Part shown: piece after piece, positions 13,510-28,761 of the stretch
Position numbering within the stretch: the first letter of the stretch is position 1
How the letters are laid out: every line of letters starts with the position of its first letter
DNA from: Octopus vulgaris
Lineage: Eukaryota
NCBI GenBank assembly: GCA_951406725.2
Contig: OX597838.1
Location: 5,456,001 to 5,520,000, forward strand
Reading direction: 5' to 3'
DNA: 64,000 nt
Notes under the pieces: generated by a model
Told to the model about the DNA's origin: nothing
Seen by the model: only the letters and a program-made list of their open reading frames with translations
Databases searched by the model: none
Program-made: the position numbers and the translations under genes

Positions 13510-13742
13510 CTTTACTACCCACAAGGGGCTAAACACAGAGGGGACAAACAAGGACAGACAAAGGGATTAAGTCGACTACATCGACCACGGTGCGTAACTG
13601 GTATTTAATTTATCGACCCCGAAAGGATGAAAGGCAAAGTCGACCTCGGCAGAATTTGAACTCGGAACGTAACGACAGACGAAATACGGCTACGAATTTC
13701 GCCCGGCGTGCTAACGTTTCTACCAGCTCGCCGCCCTGTATG

Positions 13743-13811
<69 letters not shown>

Positions 13812-14040
13812 GGGTGTATATGTTTGTGTACCTGATTTGTCACCCCCCCCCAACAAACATTGCTTGACAACCGATGCTAGTGTGTTTACGTCCCCGTAAC
13901 TTAGTAGTTTGGCAAAAGATACCGATAGAATAAGTGCTAGGCTTACAAAGGCTAAGTCTTGGGGTCGATTCGCTCGACTAAAGTCGGTGCTCCAGCATGG
14001 CCGCAGTCAAATGACTGAAACAAGTAAAAGAGTAAAGAGA
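13402..14040 (+). mobile_element. SINE family A (5'-truncated), interrupted in its (TA)n tract by a family B SINE
   Basis: Core at 13402-13455 and tail at ~13820-14040. Confidence 0.85.
13505..13735 (-). mobile_element. SINE family B (tRNA-like head, Nin/Deu-type central domain), nested
   Basis: Reverse complement of GGCGGCGAGCTGG..GACTTTGCCTTTCATCCTTTCGGGGTCGATAAA..GTAAAGAAATA. Confidence 0.9.
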
Positions 14041-14589
14041 GATAAGAAAAAAAATCTAAATCTTGTAAAGAATCTTGAACGATGCTCTACCGACTCTGAT
14101 AGACCCAGCTTCTCATTAGGCGCATACTTCGCCATAACAACCTCTCTATGGTATTTTGGTATTTGTAATACTTCCTAATTTCCCATCGATTCGCACACAC
14201 ACACACACACACATTCTCTCTCCCCCTCACCCTCCCACACGAACTCTCTCTCTCTCTTTCTCATCTCCCTGTCCATCGGTTCTCCTCTCAGAATGCTATT
14301 TATGCAGTCGATGCCAGCCATGCCATTCACCCCCCTCTCCAAGTTAAGATCCTTGTAAAACTCTTTGAAAGTATTCCTGAAATACCATATAAACCCTTTC
14401 AACTTTAATTGCGCTCATTCCAAACGTATATTCAGCAGGTCTCTTTAATGTTATTCCTGCAGAGGTCGCTAGCAGATGTTGCATACACAAACCAGATTTC
14501 CTGATGCATTTCAAATAATAATAAATAACAATAATAAACGGGTTATTAATATTATTACCTTTAATAACAGTCATAATAAAATCAGTTAC

Positions 14590-14644
<55 letters not shown>

Positions 14645-14880
14645 TTCATCATCACCATCATCATCATCATCATCATCACCATTGTTGTTGTTATTAGTTT
14701 TTGTTGTGGCTGTTGTTGTGATTATTATTATTTCACCACTCGTAATCTAAGCGAATGGTTTCTCTGAATATTCAAGCGAGCCTTTGTGGATTCCTTGTGT
14801 GTAATGTTTAATTAGATAAGCACGCATGCGTAACACACACACGCGCGCTCGCAAGTACACAAACACACACAGACACACAT

Positions 14881-14924
<44 letters not shown>

Positions 14925-15016
14925 GGATGCATTTACGTATGTATAAAATATGTATTCAAACACTGCAACACAGCTAATTCTTTGTATGCTATGACGTAAC
15001 AAACATATGCATTTGC

Positions 15017-15600
<584 letters not shown>

Positions 15601-16412
15601 CAATGGATCTTTTTAGGCATGCGTGCGTATGTGTATTTATGAGTGTGTATATACAAACATATTTGTATATGGATGAATACATAATTTCTCGCCGTTGCAC
15701 AGTCGCTCCTTCTCTTTCCTCTTTCTCACACTATTCTCTCTCCTTTCTCTCTCTCTCTCTCTCCCTCTCTTGCTCTCTTTCTTTCTTCAACGAACCATAT
15801 TAATAGCGAATATTCACGTAAGTCTGCAAGTCTTGTAAATTAGAATTGAATACAGTTGAAATGATTTTCCGTTTGAAGCATTCATAACGGTATAGAATTT
15901 CTAAAAAGAATTCTGTACAGTTGTCAAAATTAATATGAACACTTCCGTTTGTGAAAATTGACAGAAGTGAGCAGAAGAAGAAAAAAAAAACAAAAAAAAA
16001 CCCAAAAAACAAAACAAAAATAAAACAAAAAATATAACAAGAAAAAATCACAAACAAACAAAATAATAACAGAAATGAAATAAAATAAAAATAAAATAAA
16101 TCCCTATGATCGAAGAAATGCGCGTAATTGGATTAACAATGAAGGAAAGTTATTGAAAGGCTTGGAATAACTGCTTGTGCTATAGGTTGATCGGTTAGCC
16201 ATTAGTGGTGAGAAGTGGTGAAGTAGCAATGTGTTGTGTGCTCGTGGTTGTTACTTCCCTTCTTTGCCATTTAGGAATATATCACGGTGTGGTTGCTTTT
16301 CAAATATCAGCCGAATGCGTGTATACGAACGTACGTACTTACGAGTACCCGTTTAAACAGAAACCCACAGAATAATAACTGCATATATGCTTACAGGTAC
16401 ACAAGAATAATT

Positions 16413-16472
<60 letters not shown>

Positions 16473-16503
16473 CACGTATATATATACGTATATATATATG
16501 TAA

Positions 16504-16560
<57 letters not shown>

Positions 16561-16699
16561 TATATCTGCATGTTGGTGTGTGTACGTATATATTTATATA
16601 TGCATATAACTGTATACGCACAAACACACAAACACACACATATATACATACACACATACACACACATATATATATATATGTCATATTTACAGTCACACA

Positions 16700-16745
<46 letters not shown>

Positions 16746-18080
16746 TATATGTACATACATATACATACATAAATACATATATACACACACGTATATATAT
16801 ATGCATATATAGACTTACATACTATATGCATATTTGAATATATGAGAATATTATACAATTTCGTAATTATATAGCTATATATATGTGTGTATATATGTAT
16901 ATGTTTGTCTGCGTGCTTCTTGATGGGCGGGTATTGTTGTGTGTGTGTATGTGCGTGTGTGTGTGCGCGTCTATGTTTGAGTGTGTGTGAGTGTGTAATC
17001 GCATGCGTATAAATATAATTATATATAAATATCGGATATAATAAAAGCGTATGAATATCTCCATTGAAAGTTTTATAGTTACATTAATTCATACACTGCC
17101 CGCCATCTATATACACTCCAATATGAACATTTGAATGACTCCGGTAACCGCCCTCTCGCCCTCTCGCCCCACAGACACGCTCACACTCACACACATACAC
17201 ACATGTTCACAAGCGCAGACATAATCATACAGACGCATTTATACCCGTAGAGCTATTCAAACACATACACACATACGTATATTTACATGGGCAGGCTTTT
17301 AAAAACACATATTTAAGCACACACACATAGACAAAAATCATTCATAGATGTACAAACATTTAAACACACACACACTCACACGCATATACATTTTTATACG
17401 TAGTGTTGTTTATAGACAGACACACACACTGGCACACTTGCACACAGATCCAAACGTATCTATGTATTTCTCCTTCTGCACAGTTAAAAGTTATAAAAAG
17501 ATCAATGAAGCCAGTTTTGTTGAGCTTTTCAATATTTGAACATTTGCTACAATTTCTAATACATCGATTGAAATATCATAATTCAACTATCCTTTTACGC
17601 TTCTCTGTTTCCTTAAGTGAATCCGTAATAAGCAACGAGTCAACAAAATGGAGGTGTTTTTCTATTTGAATAACGCATTTGAATGTTAAGTTTCTTCACC
17701 GTTCTCTCTTTCTTTCTTTCTTTCTTTCTTTCTCTCTCTCTTTCTCACTCTCTCTCTAAGCCTGTGTTTGTGTATGTGTGTGTGCGATGCAAAAGCCAGT
17801 GTTGTTTACAGATATGTTGAACACCCACGTAAGGTATCGAGCTGATTTAGCATAATGAGAGAACTATACGGCTCGTCTATAGAGTGCGAAATATTTCATT
17901 ATATGTATGTATTTCGTACAAATCTCTCTTTCTCTCTCTCTCTCTCTTTCTCTCCATATATATGTATATGTGTGTGTGTGTGTGTTTATGCATAGATTAG
18001 GTACGCACGAATGCATTTATGCACATATATGAAGTTAAGTGTATCTTTATGCATATCAATCTATCTATCTGTATATATAC

Positions 18081-18183
<103 letters not shown>

Positions 18184-18190
18184 TATATAA

Positions 18191-18222
<32 letters not shown>

Positions 18223-18285
18223 GTTTATATATATATATATTTATATATATCCATCCATCTATCTGTCTGTCTGTATCCCTGCTTT

Positions 18286-18331
<46 letters not shown>

Positions 18332-18429
18332 ATACTCGTTTCACTGATCAAACCGCAACGATGATGGGACACTACCTTGTAGAACTCATTCTATCGGTCT
18401 CTTTGCCGTTACGACGTAGCATGATGTTG

Positions 18430-18686
18430 AAAATATTCCAGCAGCAGTTCCCGAATGATGCTGGCATCTCCTTTAAGATACACCCAAGACTTCTGCCCCA
18501 TGCGATCCACCAACCACATAAATCTCACTTACATCTCATAATAACAATTTGGCACAATTGTTTCACATCAAATGGCCCCACTCTCTTTAACATAATATCA
18601 AAACACATTAAAGCAGAAACAGACCCCATAAAGATCAAGAAGTCTGTGGAAAATTTCCTTAGGAAAATCCCGAATAAACTTCGTTT
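18430..18686 (+). mobile_element. LINE (CR1/L2-group) ORF2 C-terminal remnant
   Basis: Translation HNCFTSNGPTLFNIISKHIK..KKSVENFLRKIP matches the typical F..RGPRLFN.LP..I...FK..LDKFL..IPD terminus. Confidence 0.65.
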
Positions 18687-18763
18687 CCCCCAAAGAAGGT
18701 GTCTATACGTGTTTAAAGTGATGAAGTATGTGTGTATACATCCATAATATGTGCATGTATGTG

Positions 18764-18795
<32 letters not shown>

Positions 18796-18849
18796 AAAGA
18801 CACCTCAATTTATGGGGAGTGTTTTCTTACGCATGGGATCATAGTACCC

Positions 18850-19010
18850 TCACATTGGCACTTGATAGCTTGTCCTGGCTTGTCTCTGGATCATGTCAAC
18901 AGGGTGCAAAGGATCAGTGAGGATTTAATATTCTCGGTTGTACGATCGCTAGATAAGAGTCATTTACGATACTTGGTCAATTAGGAGGCCCTGCGGCATG
19001 CATGAAGGCC
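18850..19010 (+). mobile_element. Possible RTE-type LINE 3' remnant
   Basis: ACPGLSLDHV..SLDKSHLRYLV weakly resembles the GRPR..W.D.V..A.DR..WR..V terminus. Confidence 0.3.
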
Positions 19011-19703
19011 ACAGCTGCGAATCCGAATAAAGCTGACCATGAACACAATACTACTTAGAACTGTCCTTGCAGAAATTTCGCATGGTAGATGGTCAGTGAT
19101 GGCCTTTTTTACTCATGAGTGGATAGCCATCGTCATCATCACCATATATACATAAATACATATATTCATACACGAACAATTCATGTTTACGTATATACGT
19201 AACTACAAACAATCATACATACACGTATAAATCCAAATACACGTATACACACACACACTCACACACACACACACACATATTTGTGTAAACATAAACATCA
19301 ACATACTTAAATACAAATACAACTGTACACATACACCCACATACATTCATACACACGTATTTATATCCATACATATGTACATATACATAGCTTTCTGCGT
19401 ACCTGCTATTTCTTACACAATGAAACACTCATTCAAATTGTGAGTCACTATTTCTTTTCTTTAACAATTCTAAAGAAATTCTAAAATATCTCAATTTATT
19501 GTCATTAAATTTCTTATCCCTATTCAAATCTTAGGTCAACCTTTTGCGTCAATTTTACAATTGTTTCAATAAATTAATTACAATTTTGTAAATTAATATT
19601 ACATTTATGTGACATGAGTATAATTTCATCAGAGAAAAAAAGCTGCTCCTTTTGATGTTATATATGGACCCACTTTCTTTTTTCCTCTTAGATGCATATA
19701 TAC

Positions 19704-19751
<48 letters not shown>

Positions 19752-20061
19752 TACATACATATGTATGTGTGTGTTATTGGCAGTACACTCTTGGTGTGGT
19801 AGATGTTAGGAGGGCATCCAGCGGTAGAAACCCTACCTGATCAGATGGGAGCCTGGTGCAGCCTTCTGGCCAGGATCTTCCAGATATATATTACTGCATA
19901 CCTCTCCCGTCTTTTCTCCACGGAGTAGTCCGCTGTTAATTTGACACCGGTGGCTGACCATAGCTGTGAGCAATAATCCAGGCAGCTGAGGATGAGTGTC
20001 CGCCAGTGGACCATCATGGTTTCCTTATCTCTTTACATGTATGTCTATATATATGTGTATG

Positions 20062-20103
<42 letters not shown>

Positions 20104-20159
20104 GATAGATATGTAGATAGACACACAGACAGACAGATAGATATACATATATATAGAAG

Positions 20160-20372
20160 GTGGGCCGCTCATATACACAGCAAAGTTAACATGGTCAGCA
20201 GAATGTGTTCCAGGATTTGGCCCCACTCTCTTTAACATGATATCAAAACACATTAAAGCAGAAACAGACCCCATAAAGTTGAAGAAGTCTCTGGAAAAAT
20301 TCCTTCAAAAAATCCCGAATAAACTTCGTTTACGAAGATATGTCTCTGTAAACTATAACTCTCTACTTGGGG
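20160..20372 (+). mobile_element. Second LINE (CR1/L2-group) remnant with an internal deletion
   Basis: 20218-20331 is highly similar to 18573-18686. It is preceded by WAAHIHSKVNMVSRM, resembling the post-RT W..HI..IV.KA.R motif. Confidence 0.65.
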
Positions 20373-20413
20373 CGAACATGGTGTCCGAATTCTGATTTCG
20401 GTAACCCATCATT

Positions 20414-20481
<68 letters not shown>

Positions 20482-20489
20482 TATACATG

Positions 20490-20520
<31 letters not shown>

Positions 20521-20604
20521 GTGTGTGTATATATATATATGTATATATATATATGTATATATATATATGTATATATATGGCCGTATCCAGCTCTGTCTGG
20601 GACC

Positions 20605-20791
20605 TGTGCGGGTGGCACGTAAAAAGCACCCACTACACTCACGGAGTGGTTGGCGTTAGGAAGGGCATCCAGCCGTAGAAACACTGCCAGATCTCACTAG
20701 GCCTGATGAAGCCTTCCATCTTCACAGACCCCAGTTGAACCGTCCAACCCATGCTAGAATGGAAAACGGACGCTAAATGATGATGATGATA
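20605..20791 (+). mobile_element. SINE family D 3' half (Meta-domain-like) with (TGA)n tail; shorter fragment at ~19785-19870
   Basis: GGCGTTAGGAAGGGCATCCAGCCGTAGAAAC and tail AACGGACGCTAAATGATGATGAT. Confidence 0.7.
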
Positions 20792-20979
20792 TACACACAT
20801 ATACACATATACATACATATACACATATACATACATATATACATGTATATACATATATACATTTACACATATACATATATATGTATATATATATATATAT
20901 ATATACATAAACACACACATATATATATATACATATTTAATATCCATCGTTCATGCTGGCATGGGTTGCATGTATGTAT

Positions 20980-21022
<43 letters not shown>

Positions 21023-21436
21023 AAAGAAAGAGAGAAACAGAGAGAGAGAGAGCGAGAGAGAGAGAGAGATATATATAGCAAGATAGAGTGATAGATAGTT
21101 AGATAAAGGATAGTTAGATTGATAAATGTACGGTATTTCTGTCAGCAGAATTCTTTGAACTTTCGAGGAATCGAGAAACAAATCTCTTTGAAAGTATTGG
21201 ATCTCGATGCGCATAACGCTATAAGTAACAGCATGTAATTATTGAGTCAACAGTGATACACACTATGTGAGTGAATGAATCAGTGAATGAATCAATGAAA
21301 AATGAAAGAATGAACGTATAAAACAATGAATATGTAAATGAAATTTTATTCTTCCCATCAAATTACACCATGAACAAAATCCGCCGTCTCCCATGTCATC
21401 AGGAACGTACGCATATATATGAATGAATGTGTGAAA

Positions 21437-21922
21437 GGCGGCAAGCTGGCAGAAACGTTAGCACGCCGGGCGAAATGCGCAGCCGCATTTCGTCTGCCGT
21501 TACGTTCTGAGTTCAAATTCCGCCGAGGTCGACTTTGCCATTCATCCTTTCGGAGTCGATAAATTAAATACCAGTTAGGCACTGGGGTAGATGTAATCGA
21601 CTTAATCCGTTTGTCTGTCCTTGTTTGTCCCCTCTGTGTGTGTGTACTTCCTTGTGGGTAGTAAAGAAATATATATATGAATGAATGAAAGGCGGTAAGC
21701 TGGCAGAAGCGTTAGCACGCCGGGCGAAATGCGCAGCCGCATTTCGTCTGCCGTTACGTTCTGAGTTCAAATTCCGCCGAGGTCGACTTTGCCATTCATC
21801 CTTTCGGAGTCGATAAATTATGTACCAGTTACGCACTGGGGTCGATGTAATCGACTTAATCCGTTTGTCTGTCCTTGTTTGTCCCCTCTGTGTGTGTAGT
21901 CCCTTGTGGGTAGGAAAGAAAT
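21437..21922 (+). mobile_element. Two full-length SINE family B copies in tandem (21437-21670, 21691-21922)
   Basis: Both copies share private variants; TATATATGAATGAATG occurs before, between and after them. Confidence 0.9.
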
Positions 21923-22444
21923 ATATGTATATATGAATGAATGAAAGAGTGAATGAGAGAATAATACAACTTAAGAGGAAGGAATGAAGAATTGTAGTTA
22001 CGTAGGATATGTGTTTCAATGGTCTCACGAAAGAATATTACGTTAATTTTAATGTACTACATGAATATTTGGTGTCTCTTCTCTTAGGATACTTTTCTGC
22101 CTGTCGCTTACAGTTAATTGTAAAACATACTACGAGAGAAACCAAGAAAAATTTTCTAGAGTTTTTAACTGTCGAATGGCGTGGACGTACGAAGTGGACA
22201 AACGGCATCGCCTCTCTTCTAAGAAACTCTGGTGAAGCAGGAAAGGGTGTAGATTTCAGAACGTCATTTCCTTATCTCTAAGGATGGAGTTTATAGGATG
22301 GTTGTCATATCGTGATTACTGCTATGACTATAGGATTATAAAACCCTTAAAAGGGATCCAAGCAATAAGAATATAAAAAATAAAAGGTAACACATATAGC
22401 GCTTCGTACTCACATCAATGCATCTCTATCTACTTTCTTTTCTT

Positions 22445-22805
22445 TCTTTTAATGGTTTCAATCATTTGACTGTGGCCATGTTGGAGCACCGCGTTTAGTT
22501 GAACAAATCGATCCCAGGACTTATTCCCTGTAAGCCTAGTACATTTTCTATTGGCTCGCTTTTCCAGAACCGCTTGGTTACGTGGATTTAAACACACCAA
22601 CATCCGTTGTCAAGTGATGGGGATGGGTGGGGGGGGGGGTAAACACAGACACACAAACATACACACACACATATATACGAAGGGCTTCTTTCAGTTTCCC
22701 TCTACCAAATCCACTCCCAAGGATTTGGTCGGCCCCTTGACGAAGTTGCCACGCAGTGGAACTGAACGTGGAAACACGTGGTTAGTAAGCAAGCTACTTA
22801 ACAGA
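22445..22805 (-). mobile_element. SINE family A
   Basis: Reverse-complement match to 105-529. Confidence 0.85.
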
Positions 22806-23011
22806 TTTTCTTGCGATTTGTTTTTGCGGATTCACTACGACAAACGAGCATGTAATCGATGGGTAGAAAAGTACCCGAAGGAAAGGAACCTGAATGGCTA
22901 TGTAGATCCTTAAAATTTACACAACATTTGTTTCCCAGAATCATTTGAAACATAAGTGGTACGTAACTGCCTATATCTTTCCATTTACCCATGTTCGCTT
23001 TTATACATATA

Positions 23012-23241
23012 TATTTCTTTATTACCCACAAGGGGCTAAACATAGATGGGGACAAACAAGGACAGACAAAGGGATTAAGTCGATTACATCGACCCCAGTG
23101 CGAAACTGGTACTTAATTTATCGACCCCGAAAGGATGAAAGGCAAAGTCGACCTCGGCGGAATTTGAACTCAGAATGTAACGACAGACGAAATACCGCTA
23201 AGCATTTCGCCCGGCGTGCTAACATTTCTGCCAGCTCGCCG
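23012..23241 (-). mobile_element. SINE family B
   Basis: Near-consensus reverse-complement copy. Confidence 0.9.
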
Positions 23242-23386
23242 ACATATATGTATGCGTGTATGTATATTGCTATGCAGGCGTTTAAACCAATTCCAGTTAT
23301 CATAGAGAACGAGGAACTTGTGCCATGTTCTTCATATATCACATGCTGATCATTATCTTTCTAAAAATTTTTTTCTTCTGCTTTTA

Positions 23387-23729
23387 CAATATTATCTTAC
23401 ATTTCATATCTACAAACATATGGCTATATTATATCAGAGGTAGCGTAACAAGAACAAATTATGCTGATATTGTTTATTTTATGCGAAACTTTCCAACTTC
23501 TGTTCACGCACACACACACCGCACATACACACTAACAGACATATACACAGAGACTTGAATATAAAGTAAACAAATACTCGAAACGTTTTTTTTTTTTGCA
23601 CATGGATAGAGCAATATTATCTTACATTTCATATCTACATATATATATATATATATATATTATGTGAAATAGAAAGAACAAATTATGCTGATATTGTTTA
23701 TTTTATGCGAAACTTTCCAACTTCTGTTC
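23387..23729. repeat. Local direct duplication (~23387-23505 and ~23612-23729)
   Basis: CAATATTATCTTACATTTCATATCTACA and AGAACAAATTATGCTGATATTG..CAACTTCTGTTC each occur twice. Confidence 0.85.
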
Positions 23730-23932
23730 CTTCTATCTGATCTATCATCTACTTTACTTGATTAGGATCCGTTCGGCTTGTAATATTGAAAACCACTATA
23801 TATATCTATAGCTCTTTAAAATTTCTTGTACAATACTTACATACTTTCTGATAAAATCATAATTAATATTGCTTACACCAGCGTCTTTGAAAGCATATAT
23901 ATATATATATATATATAAAAGCATATATATAC

Positions 23933-23980
<48 letters not shown>

Positions 23981-24070
23981 ATGTGAAATAGAAAGATGAA
24001 TAATCTTGTTGAGATATATATACTTAGTAGCATAGTAAACAGCACGGTTGGAGGTACAACCATACATACA

Positions 24071-24303
24071 TATTGGTGAATTGAAGAAATGGAGCTGAAC
24101 GCAGATTGAACAGAAATCGTTTTATTTCATATATATCCGATTGAATAATGGGACCATATTGTGTCTTTCTCTTTCTCTTTTTCTTCCTGAAGAAAGACAC
24201 AATATGGTCCCATATTCAATCGGATTTTGGTAATTTGTCCTTTCGATAGAATGAAATAAAACGATTTCTGTTCAATCTGCGTTCATCCATTTCTTCAATT
24301 CAC

Positions 24304-24308
<5 letters not shown>
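24071..24308. repeat. 238-bp palindromic element in a TA-rich tract
   Basis: Outer arms 24071-24130 and 24251-24308; inner arms 24135-24170 and 24191-24225. Confidence 0.9.
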
Positions 24309-24348
<40 letters not shown>

Positions 24349-24630
24349 TATATATATATATATATACACACATATATATACATACATATACATGCATGCG
24401 TGTGTATGTTCGTATATAAATACACCCATATATATAGATATGAAAATACACATGTATATATGTACATATACACACACATATATATATATATGCATGTATA
24501 TGTGTATATACACACACACATTTATATATGCGTGTGTGTATGTATTTATATGTAAAAACTTAAGTGAATATGTACATATACATTTATGTATATATGTGTG
24601 TGCATATATATAAGCATATATGCATGAATG

Positions 24631-24756
<126 letters not shown>

Positions 24757-25490
24757 TATATATACGTGCATATCTGTGCTCGCTTAAATATGTGTGAATT
24801 TATATGTCACATACACACAGGCATACCTAATCACACACTCACACACACTTATACACTCACACATGAACACACATATTCTCTCTCGCTCAAACACACACAC
24901 ACATATACATATGTATATATATGAATATATCTACGTATATACATCTGCACTTGCCCGTGTCTGTCTGCGTGCGTATTAATGACTACATCACATAAATTAT
25001 GTCCGACATTTAGTTGAAATAAGGGAGAAGCATGACATCTAACGTAGTAATTAAACGCTACTCGATATTGCTTCTCTATGGTTTTGATTGTGCAATGATA
25101 CTATGGTAAGGAGAACTATCAAAGTGAATATTTCACAGGTTTCTTAACAGGCTAACTTATCGGAATTAATTTCCTAATATCATAACCATTGGTAAATTTA
25201 TCTCATTGAAAGTTTAGTTTTAAGTTTTCCTACAGACACTATCACTATCTCTTATTCTCGTAGAAGTTTTTCTTTTCAGACGAAACCTGGTTTGCAACGG
25301 TAATAGCTTGACCCTTACATACTGAAAAGCTCTTAGCACACTCTACTGTTTAGAAACCAAAGTCAGACAGACTATAATTTAGATTATAATAATCTGATTT
25401 CTGATTTATAATTCTTTGCAGACTTGTAACATATCTAATCTCTCTCTCCCTCTATATATATATGTATGGTGTTCAATTATTCTATATATC

Positions 25491-25540
<50 letters not shown>

Positions 25541-25791
25541 GTATATATATATATATATATTATATATATATATGTATATATATTATATCATATATGTAGA
25601 TATATATATATGTGTATCTACATACATATATACATGCATATATATACATACACATACACACACGCGCGCACGCACACACATATATCTACATATATATATA
25701 TCCACATTCGTATATACGTATGTATGTTTATCTCTCAACTTCCTTCCATTTATCTCTCGATATCATTGCATATATACATTTATATTATACA

Positions 25792-25897
<106 letters not shown>

Positions 25898-25902
25898 GTA
25901 AT

Positions 25903-25964
<62 letters not shown>

Positions 25965-26382
25965 CATATACATGTGCGTGTTTGTGTGTGTGTGTGTGCG
26001 TGTGTGTGTGTGTGTGTGCGTTTGTGTGTGTGTGTCTATTTATATCAGTTCTTCTTGTATTTCTTTTGCCAGTAAGCAAGCTTGTCGGGAAAACATTGAA
26101 GCGTGCCGGGGCGAACTCAGACGGAGTTAAACAAACGGAGAATCTTTGAATCTGTCTCTGCGATTATTTTGACTGAGTCACATACTAGGAATATCCCTGG
26201 GATATACGGCTGAGGAAAATACACATAAGTTGCCATGGTATGGTCAAAATCTGATTAGCTTCACTCAATTTTTTAATGAATATTTGGAATTTTGGTTTCT
26301 TGGATTTATTCGTACCAGATACACTATTTACAGTAACATGATGCAGTCGAAAGATATTTTGCTAGAACATAGAATTAGAACC

Positions 26383-26615
26383 TATTTCTTTACTACTCAC
26401 AAGGGGCTTAAACACAGAGGGGACAAACAAGGACATACATAGGTATTAAGTCGATTACATCGACCCCAGTGCGTAACTGGTACTTAATTTATCGACCCCG
26501 AAAGGATGAAAGGCAAAGTCGACCTCGGCGGAATTTGAACTAATAACGTAACGCAGACGAAATACCGCCAAGCATTTCGCCCGGCGTGCTAACGTTTCTG
26601 CCAGGTCGTCGCCTT
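26383..26615 (-). mobile_element. SINE family B with a 17-bp TSD, inserted in an older family B copy
   Basis: AACATAGAATTAG(A/T)ACC at 26366-26382 and 26616-26632; the host continues AGTACCAG..GGGGTCGATGTAATCGAC. Confidence 0.9.
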
Positions 26616-26984
26616 AACATAGAATTAGTACCAGTTAACCATTGGGGTCGATGTAATCGACTTACCCACTCGCCTGAAATCGCCTGTGGCAAATGTTGAA
26701 GCCAATATTTTCTTGTTTTCCCATTATGATATCTCTATTATCTGTTATTTTAGAAGCTGCATGGGTTTGTAACTTGTTTTGATCGAAGAAACATTTGGCG
26801 TAATCCTTAACAGCTAAAATATTCTATTGTAAGTTAGAGTTAGTAACTTTTCGGACTATAAAATCTATATCGCTTGTTTTCCCTATGTTTACTTTCAGCG
26901 GCTTACAATTCATCTGTTACTTTTGTAAAGGGGTTATGTGTTAATCTCTAAAAGTTTTAATGACCCCTCTTCATTTATCTTTAA

Positions 26985-27435
26985 TCTTTTACTAGCTACA
27001 GTCCTTAGACCGCCGTCATGCTGGAGAACCGTCTAGACGGCAATAGTTATTATCTTTTTAATCCTGGTACTCATTTTATTGGCCTTTTTTGCCGAACTGC
27101 TATTTTACCGAGACGTCAGTACACCGATACCGGTTATTAATCGGGGTTGGGGACAAACAGATACAAAATGACACACACAGACACATAAACATTGACACAT
27201 AGTCACACACACACACACACACACTCTCTCTCTCTTTCTTTCTTGCTTTATCTCTCTCTGTCATACACACAAATGGGCTTCTTTCAGTTTCCATTTACCA
27301 AATCCCCGCACAAGGCTTTGGTTGTCCCGAGTCAACAGTTGAAGACATTTGCTTAAGGTGCAACATATTGGGACTGTACACTGAACGATATGGTTGTGCA
27401 ACAAACGTCTTACCACGCAACCACGCCCGCGCCTA
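26985..27435 (-). mobile_element. SINE family A, degenerate
   Basis: Reverse-complement tail, core and head motifs. Confidence 0.75.
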
Positions 27436-27910
27436 TGTCGTATTTTAATATTGTAGACTGTAAACATTGTCTTTTGGTTATAAAAGAAGTTTGAATACAT
27501 TTGATACGAGATGCTCTTCCTGTATTTGCATGGAACCTACTTTCGTTTTGACCGCTGTATAGTTAAAGTAGTAGTACATATGTCGTAGGTAAGAATTAAC
27601 TCTATCGTTATCTGTTTTTCAATTTATGGTATGTTTGTATGATCTGTAAGCAGGTCGCTTCTAATTTATAAATTTAAGAACGAATGATGGTAAGAAATCT
27701 GGTTGTTTCTGTACTTAACCCAGAAATTCAAAGATTATGGAAAAGCGATTAGTTCTTAGAACGTTGTTGTTTGCCTTTTTCTATAGCAAATGAAGCTTTA
27801 CAAGAACATCAAATAAGCTAAATGAGTATACATTCGTAACATGATAACGGATTAAAGCACCTTGACAAGAAGGAAGAAAACGACAAGTTTCTTATCATGT
27901 ATCACGTTAA

Positions 27911-28540
27911 AGCGGTGAACTGACAGAAACGATAACACAACTGAGAGTATGATTTGCGCCAATTCTTTTATTTCTTTACGTTCTGAGTTCAAATAGAGCC
28001 GAGTTTGACTTTGCATTTCACCTTTTCAGTGTCGATGAAGTAAGTAACAGTCGAAGTATCCGGTTGATGTAAACGGCTCTCGAACTCCCCAAAAATTGTT
28101 GGCCTTGTGCCTTAAGGGCAAAGGATTATTACATACGATGTTTAAACGGTGAGTTGTTAGTGCGCCGAACAAAATGCTTAGCAGCATTCCTTTTGGTTTT
28201 ACATTCTGAGTTTAAATTCAGCCGATTTAGACTTTGCCTTTAATCATTTCGAAGACGATAAAAGAAGTACAAGCTGAACCCTGGAGTTGACGTAAAGGAT
28301 TTCCCCATCCTTACAATGTTTCTAGTCATGTACTCTAATGGCAAAGAAATATTAGATATGAGACAGGGGCAGCGACGTGAAAGAATCGTTAGCATGCCGG
28401 ATAAAAATACTTCTTAGGATTTCGTCCGGTTTTATGTTTAAATTCTACCGAAGTAGGCATTTATCCTTTCGTGGTCAATAAAATAATTATCAATTGTGCA
28501 TTGGAACCAATGTAATCCACTAGCTTCCAGTCTTGTAATT
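27911..28540 (+). mobile_element. Three degenerate old family B SINEs head to tail (~230-bp spacing)
   Basis: Repeated GTTCTGAGTT.AAAT..GCCGA and CATCCTTT-like domains at ~27980, ~28203 and ~28435. Confidence 0.65.
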
Positions 28541-28761
28541 AGAATTGAAAATATTATTTCATATACAATTCGGATTAAATAAATACCAGAAGGTAATCTA
28601 CAGCCTCACCTGAGCGCCCAGAAAATCTATAATAACCCCCCCCAAAAAAAAAATATATATATGAATCATAAGCGACTGAGTTCTTGTCGGAATTTAAATG
28701 TAGACCACCGGGCTCTTAGTACACCGTTAACTTCTGGTTAACATCTGCTTGACACCGAAAT

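Noticed and set aside
15700-17835. Isolated GTAAG donor-like sites (e.g. ~15818, ~17829) suggesting UTR exons
   Set aside because: No linked acceptor or reading frame can be supported from sequence alone.
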